Positions 1 to 9,669 of a DNA stretch of 64,000 bases are shown here, piece by piece. Both the position numbers and the translations under genes were made by a program. The stretch's first letter is position 1; every line of letters starts with the position of its first letter. The stretch spans positions 146,971-210,970 of the forward strand of contig CAVQFA010000003.1 in NCBI GenBank assembly GCA_963711735.1, given 5' to 3'. The stretch comes from Candidatus Gottesmanbacteria bacterium (lineage in GTDB: Bacteria > Patescibacteriota > Microgenomatia > UBA10105 > UBA927). Below the pieces are notes generated by a model. That model was given only the letters and a program-made list of their open reading frames with translations, did not search any database and was not told the DNA's origin.

Positions 1-2
1 AC

Positions 3-842
3 ACCTTTGTTGAGGTTGTCAGGGTTTTAACCGACAGCGCGTTTGTGCAGGAGCTTCTGCCGAAAGTGACTGACCCCATCATCCGCCGCTACTGGACAGA
101 CCAGATTGCCCAGACTGCCGATTTTCACAAGTCCGAGGTTTTGGACTATATCGTCTCCAAATTCGGCAGGTTCGTCACCAATAAACTCATGAGAAATATC
201 ATCGGACAATCCCGGTCTTCGTTTGACTTCCGTAAGGTTATGGACGAGAAAAAAATACTCCTTATCAATCTGTCTAAAGGGAAAATAGGGGAGGAAAACA
301 GCAACTTCCTCGGGCTTATCCTCGTACCGAGGATCCTCATATCCGCCATGAGCAGGCAGGATGTTCCTGAAAATCAAAGGGAGGATTTTTACCTCTATGT
401 CGACGAGTTTCAGAACTTCGCGACCCCCGACTTTGCACAGATTCTCTCAGAAGCCCGTAAGTACAAACTCAATCTCATTGTCGCCAACCAGTTTATCGGG
501 CAGATGGAAGAGGAAGTGAAAAATGCGGTCTTCGGCAACGTGGGAACGCTTGTGGCATTCCGCGTCGGGGTGACGGACGCTAACTATCTCCAGCATGAAT
601 TCCAGCCGACGTTTAACGAAACAGACCTTATCAATATCGACAAGTTTAATGCGTATATCAAAACGACGGTCAAAAATGAACCGGTCAAGCCTTTTTCTCT
701 CGACCTCACGAAGGATATGAAAAGGGTGTCAAATGAGAAAAACCCCAACGTAGCTGCTGCGGTTATCCAGCTCGCGCGCCTTAAGTTCGGCAGGTCGCGT
801 GAGCTTGTTGAGGCGGAAATCTCCCAGAGGGCACGGCTATAA
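3..842 (+). CDS. VirD4/TraG-like T4SS coupling-ATPase paralog, C-terminal part (5' truncated at window edge)
   Basis: The reading frame is open from the first bases of the window. It aligns closely to the C-terminal 270 aa of the 723-aa protein at 17427..19598: shared 'DFYLYVDEFQNFAT...LSEARKY(K/R)LNL..ANQ(F/Y)IGQ' block and flanking residues. Confidence 0.7.
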   Translation, partial: TFVEVVRVLTDSAFVQELLPKVTDPIIRRYWTDQIAQTADFHKSEVLDYIVSKFGRFVTNKLMRNIIGQSRSSFDFRKVMDEKKILLINLSKGKIGEENSNFLGLILVPRILISAMSRQDVPENQREDFYLYVDEFQNFATPDFAQILSEARKYKLNLIVANQFIGQMEEEVKNAVFGNVGTLVAFRVGVTDANYLQHEFQPTFNETDLINIDKFNAYIKTTVKNEPVKPFSLDLTKDMKRVSNEKNPNVAAAVIQLARLKFGRSRELVEAEISQRARL

Positions 843-911
843 AAAAAGAAACTTGGGAGTTTAACGTTATAACTTACTTCTTATAACCCACAACTTATAA
901 CCTGGAACGTG

Positions 912-2900
912 TTATGGCACTATTTCCTGCCATCGGTATTGGACGTCTTTCATATCCTCCGGCATAGCAAAAATAAGTGCGGGGTTGTAGATAAACCCTT
1001 CTGCAGGAAAAGAGATATTGTCAGATAAATCCCTTTGAAAGTCGAAGCTGTTTGCAACAAACGTTCCTCTTCCGACAAACTGCTTGTCATCCGGAGGGTC
1101 GTTTCCCTTCGTTTCAAAAATCATCGTGCCGTTTGCGACATAAAGCCCGTCAACGCCACCCAATGCTGCGCCCGGTAACGCTTCCGGCGTTCTCCCGACA
1201 TCCTTATTTATTGTTATATTACCATTAACGATAAATGATATAAATGCGTCTGCGTTGTCCAGGAAAATTTTGTTGTGGATTGTCAGTGATGCCGTTCCGG
1301 CTTCTTTTCCGATGAGCACGATGATTTTACTGTCGGGGTCCGAAAATCCCCAAGCACCATCCGGGGTTGATAGGTTACCTTGAAATGAACAGATGCGTGT
1401 ATTCTCGTCGTCACCGGGCAAACAATTCCCAAAAGGTGGTAATTTTAAGTCGTTCCAATCAATCACAGGACCAACATCTACGGGTTCCGGTGATCCGAGT
1501 AAGGTGTAGAAATACGTAAAGTAATCCTGGGCGGGTTGAGGATTTAGACTATTAGCAAGCCAATTGAGAGGATCCGGCGGGGTATGCGAGTTAACGGACA
1601 CGCGGTCCGCTCCTTTATCTGTTCCGCCCAGGAGGGAAAAGTCGTAGTCCGATGAGGCGCCTCCATACTGCACGACCCCGGGCAGTCCGCTTCCTCCGTA
1701 TCTGCTGAAGTAGGAAAGCGGACTATTAACAGGCTGGTGTGAGAATATGCCAGCGCTGGAATACACGTCGCCTCCTGCCGTCTGGAACCACCCACTAGGA
1801 GGGATAAATCCTATTTCCCACGTCAACGGGGAATCCCCTGAGTTCATTATGCGGCTGGAAGATTGCTGTACATTACCAGGTGGAATGTTTTTATACACAC
1901 AAGAAAAAGGTGTGTAGTTGTCCGGAGGGGTTGGTTGTATGGTATATGGATATGCAACACCATACCCCATACCAGCTCCTACCCATGTTGCGTAAGTATT
2001 ATTTATAGACTCCCGTGTTCCGTGACCGCTTTCCAGGTTAAACGTTGTTGTTTGGTATGACGTTCCCCACTGACTATCGATGTCACCGTAGTTCACACAC
2101 GCTACGTTTGGAGATGAAAGTGTCCGCGCCCGCGCACGCACTAATGGCGTCGGGGTGGGGGTGTGAGTGGGAGTCGGGGTGAGGGTGGGTGGTATCGGAA
2201 CGCACCGAAACCACAAATCTACATACGCAAATCCAACTCCCGGGTCAACCGTAGGAATATAGAATTGTCTTGATGGTCCGTCCACCCACACATTGCCATC
2301 CTGGGCGGATGGGTGATTGGTGCAGTTGTCACACTGTGAATTTTCCGCTGTATATCCTTGCGGAGCCCCAAACAGCACAACGTATTGATTCCCCGGGGTT
2401 ACTTCACCAAGGGTCGTCATGTATGAATCTCCGTTGTTGGAAAGCTGAAATGTTTTACTATACCCGTCGTTAATTCCAACTATTGATACACTTGTAAGCG
2501 TCCCTGCCGGACATCCGGAGTCCCGCATTCCTTGAATGCGTCCCTGTAACCCGGCGGGCGGGGTGGTTCCGGGAGGTTCCGTACACGGGGTATCCCTGCA
2601 AGCCAGTCCGTTGCACGAGTCTATGTATTCATATTCAGGATAGGGCGGGTTGCACTGAAACCCCTGACACCCTACGTCTCCGGGTTCACAGCACCGGTCC
2701 CAAATCGGATGGCACTCCCCGCACTCGGGAAGCGCTGCGCAGGATGTTCCCGCGTTTGGATTGTCGTGACCGGAATCAGCGTCGTAATCTGCCCTTGACA
2801 GCCAGCACCACACTTCCCAACAATTCTCACCGGCTCCACACGGTGTACATTGTGCACGATCGCATTTGTTCACGCAGTATGGCCCCGGGCAGCATTGCAT
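912..2900 (-). CDS. large Cys-rich secreted/surface protein with PT linker (main body; likely continuous with ORFs up to 3533)
   Basis: 662-aa ORF with many C-x-x-C modules and a 'PTLTPTPTHTPTPTP' linker. It shares a reading frame with the signal-peptide ORF at 3132..3533. Confidence 0.55.
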   Translation of the reverse strand: MQCCPGPYCVNKCDRAQCTPCGAGENCWEVWCWLSRADYDADSGHDNPNAGTSCAALPECGECHPIWDRCCEPGDVGCQGFQCNPPYPEYEYIDSCNGLACRDTPCTEPPGTTPPAGLQGRIQGMRDSGCPAGTLTSVSIVGINDGYSKTFQLSNNGDSYMTTLGEVTPGNQYVVLFGAPQGYTAENSQCDNCTNHPSAQDGNVWVDGPSRQFYIPTVDPGVGFAYVDLWFRCVPIPPTLTPTPTHTPTPTPLVRARARTLSSPNVACVNYGDIDSQWGTSYQTTTFNLESGHGTRESINNTYATWVGAGMGYGVAYPYTIQPTPPDNYTPFSCVYKNIPPGNVQQSSSRIMNSGDSPLTWEIGFIPPSGWFQTAGGDVYSSAGIFSHQPVNSPLSYFSRYGGSGLPGVVQYGGASSDYDFSLLGGTDKGADRVSVNSHTPPDPLNWLANSLNPQPAQDYFTYFYTLLGSPEPVDVGPVIDWNDLKLPPFGNCLPGDDENTRICSFQGNLSTPDGAWGFSDPDSKIIVLIGKEAGTASLTIHNKIFLDNADAFISFIVNGNITINKDVGRTPEALPGAALGGVDGLYVANGTMIFETKGNDPPDDKQFVGRGTFVANSFDFQRDLSDNISFPAEGFIYNPALIFAMPEDMKDVQYRWQEIVP

Positions 2901-3073
2901 ATGCCCTGAGCTTCATTACATCCCCACTGGCAATTCCACTCGTTCGCCCACGACCCGGACGCACAGTACTGCTGCCAATCGCCACTGCAGCGATGTGCGT
3001 CCTCTCTACATTTACAAGTACCCCCAACACAGACTTCTCTGGGACTGTTACACAAATTACCTGCACAGCACAC
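2870..3073 (-). CDS. Cys-rich segment in alternate frame (probably part of the same disrupted gene)
   Basis: 67-aa ORF with the same Cys-rich composition, in a different frame, bridging the two flanking ORFs. Confidence 0.3.
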   Translation of the reverse strand: MCCAGNLCNSPREVCVGGTCKCREDAHRCSGDWQQYCASGSWANEWNCQWGCNEAQGICNAARGHTA

Positions 3074-3131
3074 CTGGTTGTATTCACCGCACGTGGGTTG
3101 CGAATTGTCTACACATTCATGATTCTCGCAG

Positions 3132-3533
3132 TCAAGTGATCCGTCGCACTATCGCCGAAAAACAACAAGATTCCCCCTCACGTCCGCAGTTTTGGACGCA
3201 CGTGTCTGAATAGTCGCACTCTAGATTACCATTACACTCATGACCATCACAACAGTCCTGTCCTGCGTAGCCGCAATTAGCAGTATTTTCGCATAAACCG
3301 GTATTACTGTTACATAATTGACCAGTAAGACAGTTAGTTACACTTTGGTCACAAAAGCCGCTAAACCAATAACAGTAATGTTCTTGAAATGCGTTATGAC
3401 AATGCGACGAGCAATTTGATTGTGTGTTGCATGTTTCTGCGTAAACCGGGAGGATTGGCGCTGTTAAAACCCCTGCCGCAACAACAAGAAACATCCAAAG
3501 AAAAAATGAGGTGACAAAAGATTTAATTTTCAT
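3132..3533 (-). CDS. Cys-rich secreted protein, N-terminal part with signal peptide
   Basis: N-terminus 'MKIKSFVTSFFLWMFLVVAAGVLTAPILPVYA' is signal-peptide-like, followed by Cys-rich repeats. Confidence 0.5.
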   Translation of the reverse strand: MKIKSFVTSFFLWMFLVVAAGVLTAPILPVYAETCNTQSNCSSHCHNAFQEHYCYWFSGFCDQSVTNCLTGQLCNSNTGLCENTANCGYAGQDCCDGHECNGNLECDYSDTCVQNCGREGESCCFSAIVRRIT

Positions 3534-3554
3534 TTTAGTAACGCGATAAACACT

Positions 3555-3974
3555 TTATGTCTGCCTGCACCCCCTTGGGCCTCTGTTTCGTATGTCATCC
3601 GGCCGGGAAGGAAACGGCTCGCTTGTGTTTTTATATACAAGCCACAAGGTATCACCAGCGCAAAACGCGGTTTGCCAGTCCTTTCCGCTGGACGGAAACA
3701 CGACGCGTTCGTTCCTCTTTTCACCCTGTTTATTAACGGTGATAACCACCATGGGTTTAGGAGGAGAGACTGTCAGCGACGAAGAACAAAAAAAACCCTG
3801 CTTAAAGGATAACGTGCGGGTGTTTGCGTTCCATGATACAGCCTTTACCTCAGCGACGCCATTGCTGTCCGGTTGAAAACATGATGCTTTTGAACGGAAA
3901 ACGAGCGCATACAGCACCGAAATGATGCTCCCGATTGTAAATATCAGAATGATTACTACGGACCATTGTTTCAT
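3555..3974 (-). CDS. small membrane-anchored hypothetical protein
   Basis: ORF with an N-terminal hydrophobic helix 'WSVVIILIFTIGSIISVLYALVF'. Confidence 0.4.
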   Translation of the reverse strand: MKQWSVVIILIFTIGSIISVLYALVFRSKASCFQPDSNGVAEVKAVSWNANTRTLSFKQGFFCSSSLTVSPPKPMVVITVNKQGEKRNERVVFPSSGKDWQTAFCAGDTLWLVYKNTSEPFPSRPDDIRNRGPRGCRQT

Positions 3975-4225
3975 ATGAGACAAGGAGAATCACGCATTCC
4001 TTTATTCTCTATTGTAATCATATATTCACTACACATGCAACATATCACCAAGAACAATGCGGGTGGTTTTTTCTAAATACTAAATGTGACATACAAAACG
4101 GGTTGTTTTGTTTGAAGCGGGATAAGTCGCCCTATAAATTATAAGTTGTTTACCGAAAATCTTAAAATCAGGAAAGGTACGTGGTTTGGGATTTCTGCTC
4201 TATTCAATTAAATTTTTATAGAATA

Positions 4226-6865
4226 CTAATGTTGGTATATCAAAAACGTAGGTATAATTATGGTGTTTAGATGATTGGGAGAGAGATTGTGATTATAATA
4301 TTGTGTATAATAGTCTGCGTAGTCTCCTGTCGTTGGCGTAGAATACGCAGAATAATACAGTTGGTTGTTAATCTCAATCATTCTCCTTGTGTATTCCCAA
4401 TGATTAATTGTTATAAGATTCTCGTACGTTGGATTTACCATCCCACTCACCCAAAACATAATACTGTCAATAGTATCAGAGGCATACAATGACAGAATAT
4501 CAATGGGGTAATCATGGGTGTCATTATTAATGTCTCCGTATATTCCGGAAAGGTCGTGGCCATAATGGAGCACTGTGTTTTCGTCAGGCATTCCCCAGAC
4601 CGCAAAAAGGCCTGTTCCGCTATTTTCCTGAAATGGCCTCATGAAATTACAGGAAACCAGGCTTAAATCGCGATTATGTGTGGATCCGCTCTTTGTATAA
4701 AAAGGCCTGTCTGCTATCCAATCACCTGAGTTATATGGGTTAAACGTGTTTCCGCTTGCCAGGAGTTCGGCCTGAAAATATGACATCTCGCGCGTGGTGA
4801 GGGCGTCCATGTAGGCTTCGCGGTCGGCATCAGGCATGCTGTAAATGTCTTTTAGTCGCCCGCATGCTCCTATGTCTTCGGTAATGCCAACCGCCGGTTC
4901 TGCGGACTGCCAGACGCCGTATTCAGGCAGGTAAACCTTCAGCGGATTGCCAACTTCATCATACACAACAAGGTCATGGTATTCGTCGCTCCAGCGGAGC
5001 CTTTCAGTGTCTACTGTAAGTGTTGCTTCCTGCCCGCTTCCTGATGTGAAGTCCGTGTACCTGATCGTTGCAGTCCCGTCCGGGTTTATTGTCGCTGCGT
5101 CGTGAGCTTCCCATCGTGGCACACCCGGGTTCATCTCCCGTCCCGGCTCTGCCCGGACGGACAGCGTCGCGCTTCCGTCCCCGTTTGCGGTATAGCTGTA
5201 ATCATGGTTGTACCCTTTGCTTTCAAGGTCCGCAACAAGGGTATCGACGTATGGTACAACATCGAACTCCGGAAGGGCGCCGATTGCTTTAAGCGTTTCT
5301 TCATTCGGAAGAGTTGATGCCTCGAGGTTGTACCAAAACTCTCCTGATGCGGGATTTCTGAATGCAAGGAGGTTTCCGCCCCCGTCCCGCACGACTGCGG
5401 TCCATACGCCGTTTACAACCTCAAGCCTGCGCACCACCGACCTGTCATACCCGTCTGTAATGTGAATGAAGTGATCAAACGTCCCTTCTCTCATGTCTGC
5501 GGGGTTGTAAAGAAGCGTTTCCTGGCCTTCCTGTCCTGATGCAGCCCACAGAATCCCCCTGTTGGTAAATCCTCCGATTGTCCATTCTCCCTGCCCATCC
5601 TGAACGCCCGTAAGGAAAACATCAGTGTCACTTCTGATGCCATCGGGCGAAGCAACGATCGTATATCCCTGAACCACAAGCTCTGCGGCAACGGCATTGT
5701 ACTGTGCAATGACGTTGGGCGCTGCGGACTCGGGGTTGTTCGGGTCAATCGGGAAAAACACGCTGTCTATCCTTATGTCCTGCAGGTTTTCGCGCACCAC
5801 AACAACGGGCGTTGGGGGCGCTTCGGTCGGAGAAGTGTCTGTCGGTGGTCCGCCGGAAAGGGGAGTGGGCAACGCATACGTCGGAGGAATGGTTGGTATT
5901 ATATCAGTCGGCGGTGTGGTGGGAGTCATCTCCACAAGGGTTGCGTCCGGAGGAGTAGGAGTGAGAAACTCGACTATACCGGAACACGCAACGCTCCCAA
6001 GCCCAAGAGCCGTAATTGCAAGAACTGTCCTTGTCGCTCTGGATGATGAAAATGTCTCGTGTGTCTTGAAAACTTGAGCGCTGTCTGTTTTTACATCCAT
6101 GGCTTGAGACGGACGGACTCCGGCGCTTCCGAGGTTGCTGATATAAAGAGCACCCGATCGAAATCTACTTTTTTGTTCTGGTTCTTTATCCTGTGTGTGT
6201 CTTGCCACCGTCCTGGGAGCGTTTGTTATTTCGTTTAAACGCGAGACAACAAGCTCTTCAACGTCTTTTTGTGTCAATGATATATTATTTAAAGCGGCTG
6301 TTTCTACCTCAAACGCAACTTCGCTTGCTACCGCAGAAGGTATTGCAAGCCCTTGGGGCATTCTGTTTCGCGCGTTTTCCCAACTGAGAACGGAAGCCTG
6401 AAACTTGACGTTTGCAGCCGCTAGTTTGGCTTTTTTTAGTATGGTTTTCTTCAATATTTTTTCGCTTGTCCGGATGGAACCATTCCAACCATCAAGCACG
6501 CGCTTTGCGGCAAGAGATCTTGCCGACTGAATCATGTGCCGCGTAGCATCTTGAAAATATTGTTTTTGTTCCTCAGAAATCCGCTCGCCGTTCAGTTCCG
6601 ATAAATACACTTCGTCGGGATTAAAAACAATCTTGGATCCGATGTGTACAACCTGCGTTGTTGTAAAGAGGTTTCCGTCGTTGCCCCTCCACAAACACTT
6701 AGTAATGTGACTGTTTTCTTGTATTGCCTCGACAAGGTCTTGTGGTGTGTGAACATATACGGGCCGCCCGTGTTTCTGTTCCAAAGGCGGTTGAAAGCGC
6801 TCAGTTGATAAAATGCCTTGGTGTTGTGGTGCGCTTGCCGTGCCAGCCTCAATGTGTGAAAGCAT
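4226..6865 (-). CDS. large membrane-anchored surface protein with Pro/Thr-rich linker (hypothetical)
   Basis: 879-aa ORF. Central TM 'TVLAITALGLGSVACSGIVEFL' is followed by a 'TPTPPDATLV..TPTTPPTDIIPTIPPT' linker and a large C-terminal domain. Confidence 0.6.
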   Translation of the reverse strand: MLSHIEAGTASAPQHQGILSTERFQPPLEQKHGRPVYVHTPQDLVEAIQENSHITKCLWRGNDGNLFTTTQVVHIGSKIVFNPDEVYLSELNGERISEEQKQYFQDATRHMIQSARSLAAKRVLDGWNGSIRTSEKILKKTILKKAKLAAANVKFQASVLSWENARNRMPQGLAIPSAVASEVAFEVETAALNNISLTQKDVEELVVSRLNEITNAPRTVARHTQDKEPEQKSRFRSGALYISNLGSAGVRPSQAMDVKTDSAQVFKTHETFSSSRATRTVLAITALGLGSVACSGIVEFLTPTPPDATLVEMTPTTPPTDIIPTIPPTYALPTPLSGGPPTDTSPTEAPPTPVVVVRENLQDIRIDSVFFPIDPNNPESAAPNVIAQYNAVAAELVVQGYTIVASPDGIRSDTDVFLTGVQDGQGEWTIGGFTNRGILWAASGQEGQETLLYNPADMREGTFDHFIHITDGYDRSVVRRLEVVNGVWTAVVRDGGGNLLAFRNPASGEFWYNLEASTLPNEETLKAIGALPEFDVVPYVDTLVADLESKGYNHDYSYTANGDGSATLSVRAEPGREMNPGVPRWEAHDAATINPDGTATIRYTDFTSGSGQEATLTVDTERLRWSDEYHDLVVYDEVGNPLKVYLPEYGVWQSAEPAVGITEDIGACGRLKDIYSMPDADREAYMDALTTREMSYFQAELLASGNTFNPYNSGDWIADRPFYTKSGSTHNRDLSLVSCNFMRPFQENSGTGLFAVWGMPDENTVLHYGHDLSGIYGDINNDTHDYPIDILSLYASDTIDSIMFWVSGMVNPTYENLITINHWEYTRRMIEINNQLYYSAYSTPTTGDYADYYTQYYNHNLSPNHLNTIIIPTFLIYQH

Positions 6866-6927
6866 AATAACCTATAGTATATACATACAGACCCCTTTTT
6901 GTCAATCCCTTTGTTCTCTTGACATAT

Positions 6928-6968
6928 ACCACATTTCTCTTTATATTGTGGATAACTTGTCCACACCC
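6928..6968 (+). promoter_or_regulatory. dnaA promoter (TTGACA, 17-nt spacer, TATATT) followed by DnaA boxes
   Basis: 'cTTGACAtataccacatttctctTATATTgTGGATAActTGTCCACA'. TGTGGATAA is the reverse complement of the TTATCCACA consensus. Confidence 0.55.
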
Positions 6969-6996
6969 TGCAACTCCTACCCGTTTTCAATTGTAT

Positions 6997-8364
6997 ATGG
7001 ATTTATCACTACTCTGGAAGGGGGCGCTTGCGGAAATTGAGCTGTCCGTGTCGCCCGCAGTCTACAAAACACACTTTGCGTCAAGCGAGCTTGTCTCGTT
7101 TGAAAGCGGGGTTGCAAGCGTCGGGCTTCCAAACCCGATGATGCGCACCATGGTCGAGACGCGCTACTACTCGCTTGTCAAGTCCGTCCTTGACCACCAG
7201 ACCAAACAAAATACGAGCGTTCTTTTTGTCCTGCACATGAAAAAAACGCGCATGTCGGACGCTGACGCGGGACCGTTATTTTCGCCTGTCAAAGACACAT
7301 TTGCCGGGCCCGACGCGGCATCCTCAGCCCGGAGGGCCCATATCCGGACGGATCTCACGTTTGACAGTTTTGCGGTGAGCTCGTCCAATCAAATTGCCTA
7401 CGCTGCAGCAACCGCCGTTTCTAAAACGCCGGGAGGAGCGTATAACCCGCTTTTTATCTACGGCGGGGTGGGGGTCGGGAAAACCCACCTCATGCACGCA
7501 ATTGCCAACGCGATGTTTACCAAAAAACCGGGAACGCGCGCAATTTACTGTATGGGAGAGGAGTTCCTCAATGATATTATCGAAGCCATTCAGACGAAAA
7601 CTGCCCGTCAGTTCAAGCAAAAATACCGGAGCGCTCAGCTTCTCTTGGTTGATGACGTCCAGTTTATCGCCGGCAAAACAACCGCTCAGGAAGAATTTTT
7701 TCACACGTTTAACGCGGTCCTCAGCGAGGGCGGCCAGGTGGTTTTAACGAGCGACCGCCAGCCCTCGGAAATCTCCCGTCTTGAAGATCGGTTACGGAGC
7801 CGGTTTGAAGGAGGGTTAATCGTTGATGTATCCCAGCCGGACTATGAACTCCGGGTGGCAATTGTCAACATAAAATCCGCCTCGCTTGGTCTCACTCTTG
7901 ATGCGGAGGCGGCACAGACAATTGCCGCCAACACGATGGACGCCCGCGCAATTGAAGGGTTCCTGCGGAGATTGACAACCGAACTTGCGGCCGGAAAACC
8001 GGAAATTACTACAGAGCTTGTTTCCTCGCTTCTCAAAAGCCGCGGGGTAACGATGGAAGAAAAAAGAGTTGCCAAGAGGGTGAGTGCAGGAGAGGTTCTC
8101 GAAACGGTCGCGTCTTTTTTTACCATCAAACCGACGGCAATCAGGGGATCCAAGCGCGACCGTCCGATTGCCCGTCCGCGCCAGATTGTGATGTACCTTT
8201 GTAAAACCGAGCTTGGCATGACGCTTGCTGATATCGGCGGGATCCTGGGCGGGCGCGATCATACCACCATCATGCACGGGGTGGAAACAATAACGAGGGA
8301 GTTGTCCACAGATACGCGTTTACGTGAGTCTGTTGAGGGGATAAAAAGGAAGCTGTGGGTATAA
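6997..8364 (+). CDS. dnaA: chromosomal replication initiator DnaA
   Basis: N-terminus 'MDLSLLWKGALAEIE'. Walker A 'GGVGVGKTHLMHAIAN', Walker B 'LLLVDDVQFIAGK', C-terminal DNA-binding 'DIGGILGGRDHTTIMHG'. Start placed at the internal ATG at 6997. Confidence 0.95.
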   Translation: MDLSLLWKGALAEIELSVSPAVYKTHFASSELVSFESGVASVGLPNPMMRTMVETRYYSLVKSVLDHQTKQNTSVLFVLHMKKTRMSDADAGPLFSPVKDTFAGPDAASSARRAHIRTDLTFDSFAVSSSNQIAYAAATAVSKTPGGAYNPLFIYGGVGVGKTHLMHAIANAMFTKKPGTRAIYCMGEEFLNDIIEAIQTKTARQFKQKYRSAQLLLVDDVQFIAGKTTAQEEFFHTFNAVLSEGGQVVLTSDRQPSEISRLEDRLRSRFEGGLIVDVSQPDYELRVAIVNIKSASLGLTLDAEAAQTIAANTMDARAIEGFLRRLTTELAAGKPEITTELVSSLLKSRGVTMEEKRVAKRVSAGEVLETVASFFTIKPTAIRGSKRDRPIARPRQIVMYLCKTELGMTLADIGGILGGRDHTTIMHGVETITRELSTDTRLRESVEGIKRKLWV

Positions 8365-8545
8365 TATGTTTCCCTTATCCACTTATCCACAAAACAAATT
8401 GCCTTATCCACCGACTTATCCACTGGCGTTTCCACATAAACCGGATGTTATTGCAGACTGCACAATCTTGCCGTTGACATACTCTCCCGTATTTCGTACA
8501 CTTTTCCACACTCCTACTATCTACTATTACTATTAATACATACAT
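8365..8545. promoter_or_regulatory. oriC: DnaA-box cluster plus AT-rich unwinding element between dnaA and dnaN
   Basis: TTATCCACT at 8375, TTATCCACA at 8383, TTATCCACC at 8404, TTATCCACT at 8416. AT-rich 'ctatctactattactattaatacatacat' lies before the dnaN start. Confidence 0.8.
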
Positions 8546-9655
8546 ATGAAACTTCACATTCTTCAGGAAAACTTACTTAAATGTTTACAGCGAACGGGAA
8601 GAATTGTCTCAAACAAACCACAGCTTCCTATACTTCAAAATATACTTCTCGAGACACAGGGTAACCTTCTCCATATAACAGCAACAAATATGGAAACAAC
8701 GGTTATGACAACCTCCGGTGCAAAAGTGGAAAAAGAAGGAGGGCTCTGTGTACAGGCCAAACTCCTCGCGGACCTCGTCTCTTCTTTGCCGCAGGAAACG
8801 GTTGTCCTTGAGGAAAAAGAGGGAGCACTTCTCGTTTCAACGACACGGACCAAAGCAACGCTTCCCGGCATCGGGAAAGGAGAATTTCCTCCGATGAACG
8901 TGCCAAAAAAAGAAAAACGCATGATGAAGGGAGATAAAGATATTCTGGAAGGGCTCGGAAAGGCTCTTTTTGCAGCAGCAACAGATGAGGGGAGACCGAT
9001 CTTAACAGGTGTAAAAATGGAGACAAAAGGGCAATCTCTCCTTTTGGCTGCCACTGACGGGTACAGGCTATCTGTGGTTACAATTTCTGACAAAACAGGG
9101 GAAGAGTTTGATTTAGTTGTCCCCGCGCGGGCTCTTATAGAGGTCCTTAAAATTGCAGGAGAAAAAGAGGAAGGGGAAGATGGCGTTGCTTTTACCCAGG
9201 CAGAAGACGGGCAGCTGACGTTTGTTATAGGGGACACCCGCGTCATGACGCGCATTTTGGACGGAGAGTATCCGGATTTCCGGAAAATCATTCCGAAAAC
9301 CCATACGACGCGCGCAGTATTTGATGCAGGCGTTTTTTCATCAGCCGTTAAATCCGCGGCAATTTTTGCGCGGGATAACGCAAACATCGTCCGTTTACAT
9401 ATAGAGAAAAACGGCATGACGGTGTCCGCCAACACGCCGCAGGTCGGGCAAAGCGCTATAGACGTGGACGCGACGGTTGAGGGCGACGGCGGAGACATAG
9501 CATTTAACAGCAGGTTTTTGACGGAGATGCTTGCAAACTTTCCCGGCGAGGAAATTGTTTTTGAAATGACGGGGTCTCTCAATCCCGGGGTATTTCATCC
9601 GGATAAAGACGATACCTACTTTCACATCATCATGCCGGTGAGGGTACAGGGATAA
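8546..9655 (+). CDS. dnaN: DNA polymerase III beta sliding clamp
   Basis: 'MKLHILQENLLKCLQRTGRIVSNKPQLPILQNILLE' and ~369 aa length typical of DnaN. Position immediately after dnaA. Confidence 0.93.
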   Translation: MKLHILQENLLKCLQRTGRIVSNKPQLPILQNILLETQGNLLHITATNMETTVMTTSGAKVEKEGGLCVQAKLLADLVSSLPQETVVLEEKEGALLVSTTRTKATLPGIGKGEFPPMNVPKKEKRMMKGDKDILEGLGKALFAAATDEGRPILTGVKMETKGQSLLLAATDGYRLSVVTISDKTGEEFDLVVPARALIEVLKIAGEKEEGEDGVAFTQAEDGQLTFVIGDTRVMTRILDGEYPDFRKIIPKTHTTRAVFDAGVFSSAVKSAAIFARDNANIVRLHIEKNGMTVSANTPQVGQSAIDVDATVEGDGGDIAFNSRFLTEMLANFPGEEIVFEMTGSLNPGVFHPDKDDTYFHIIMPVRVQG

Positions 9656-9669
9656 ATTATATAAAATAA

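Noticed and set aside
843-911. 'TTATAAC' x3 and similar 'ACAACTT' direct microrepeats (also at 31549 and 35136)
   Set aside because: Very short low-complexity motifs in intergenic spacers, too brief to assign function. Could be weak terminator or UP-element-like sequence.
8635-9582. 315-aa ORF antisense to dnaN, and 7816..8277 antisense to dnaA
   Set aside because: They lie fully within highly conserved housekeeping genes on the opposite strand. Their composition is Ser/Arg-rich and they have no motifs.
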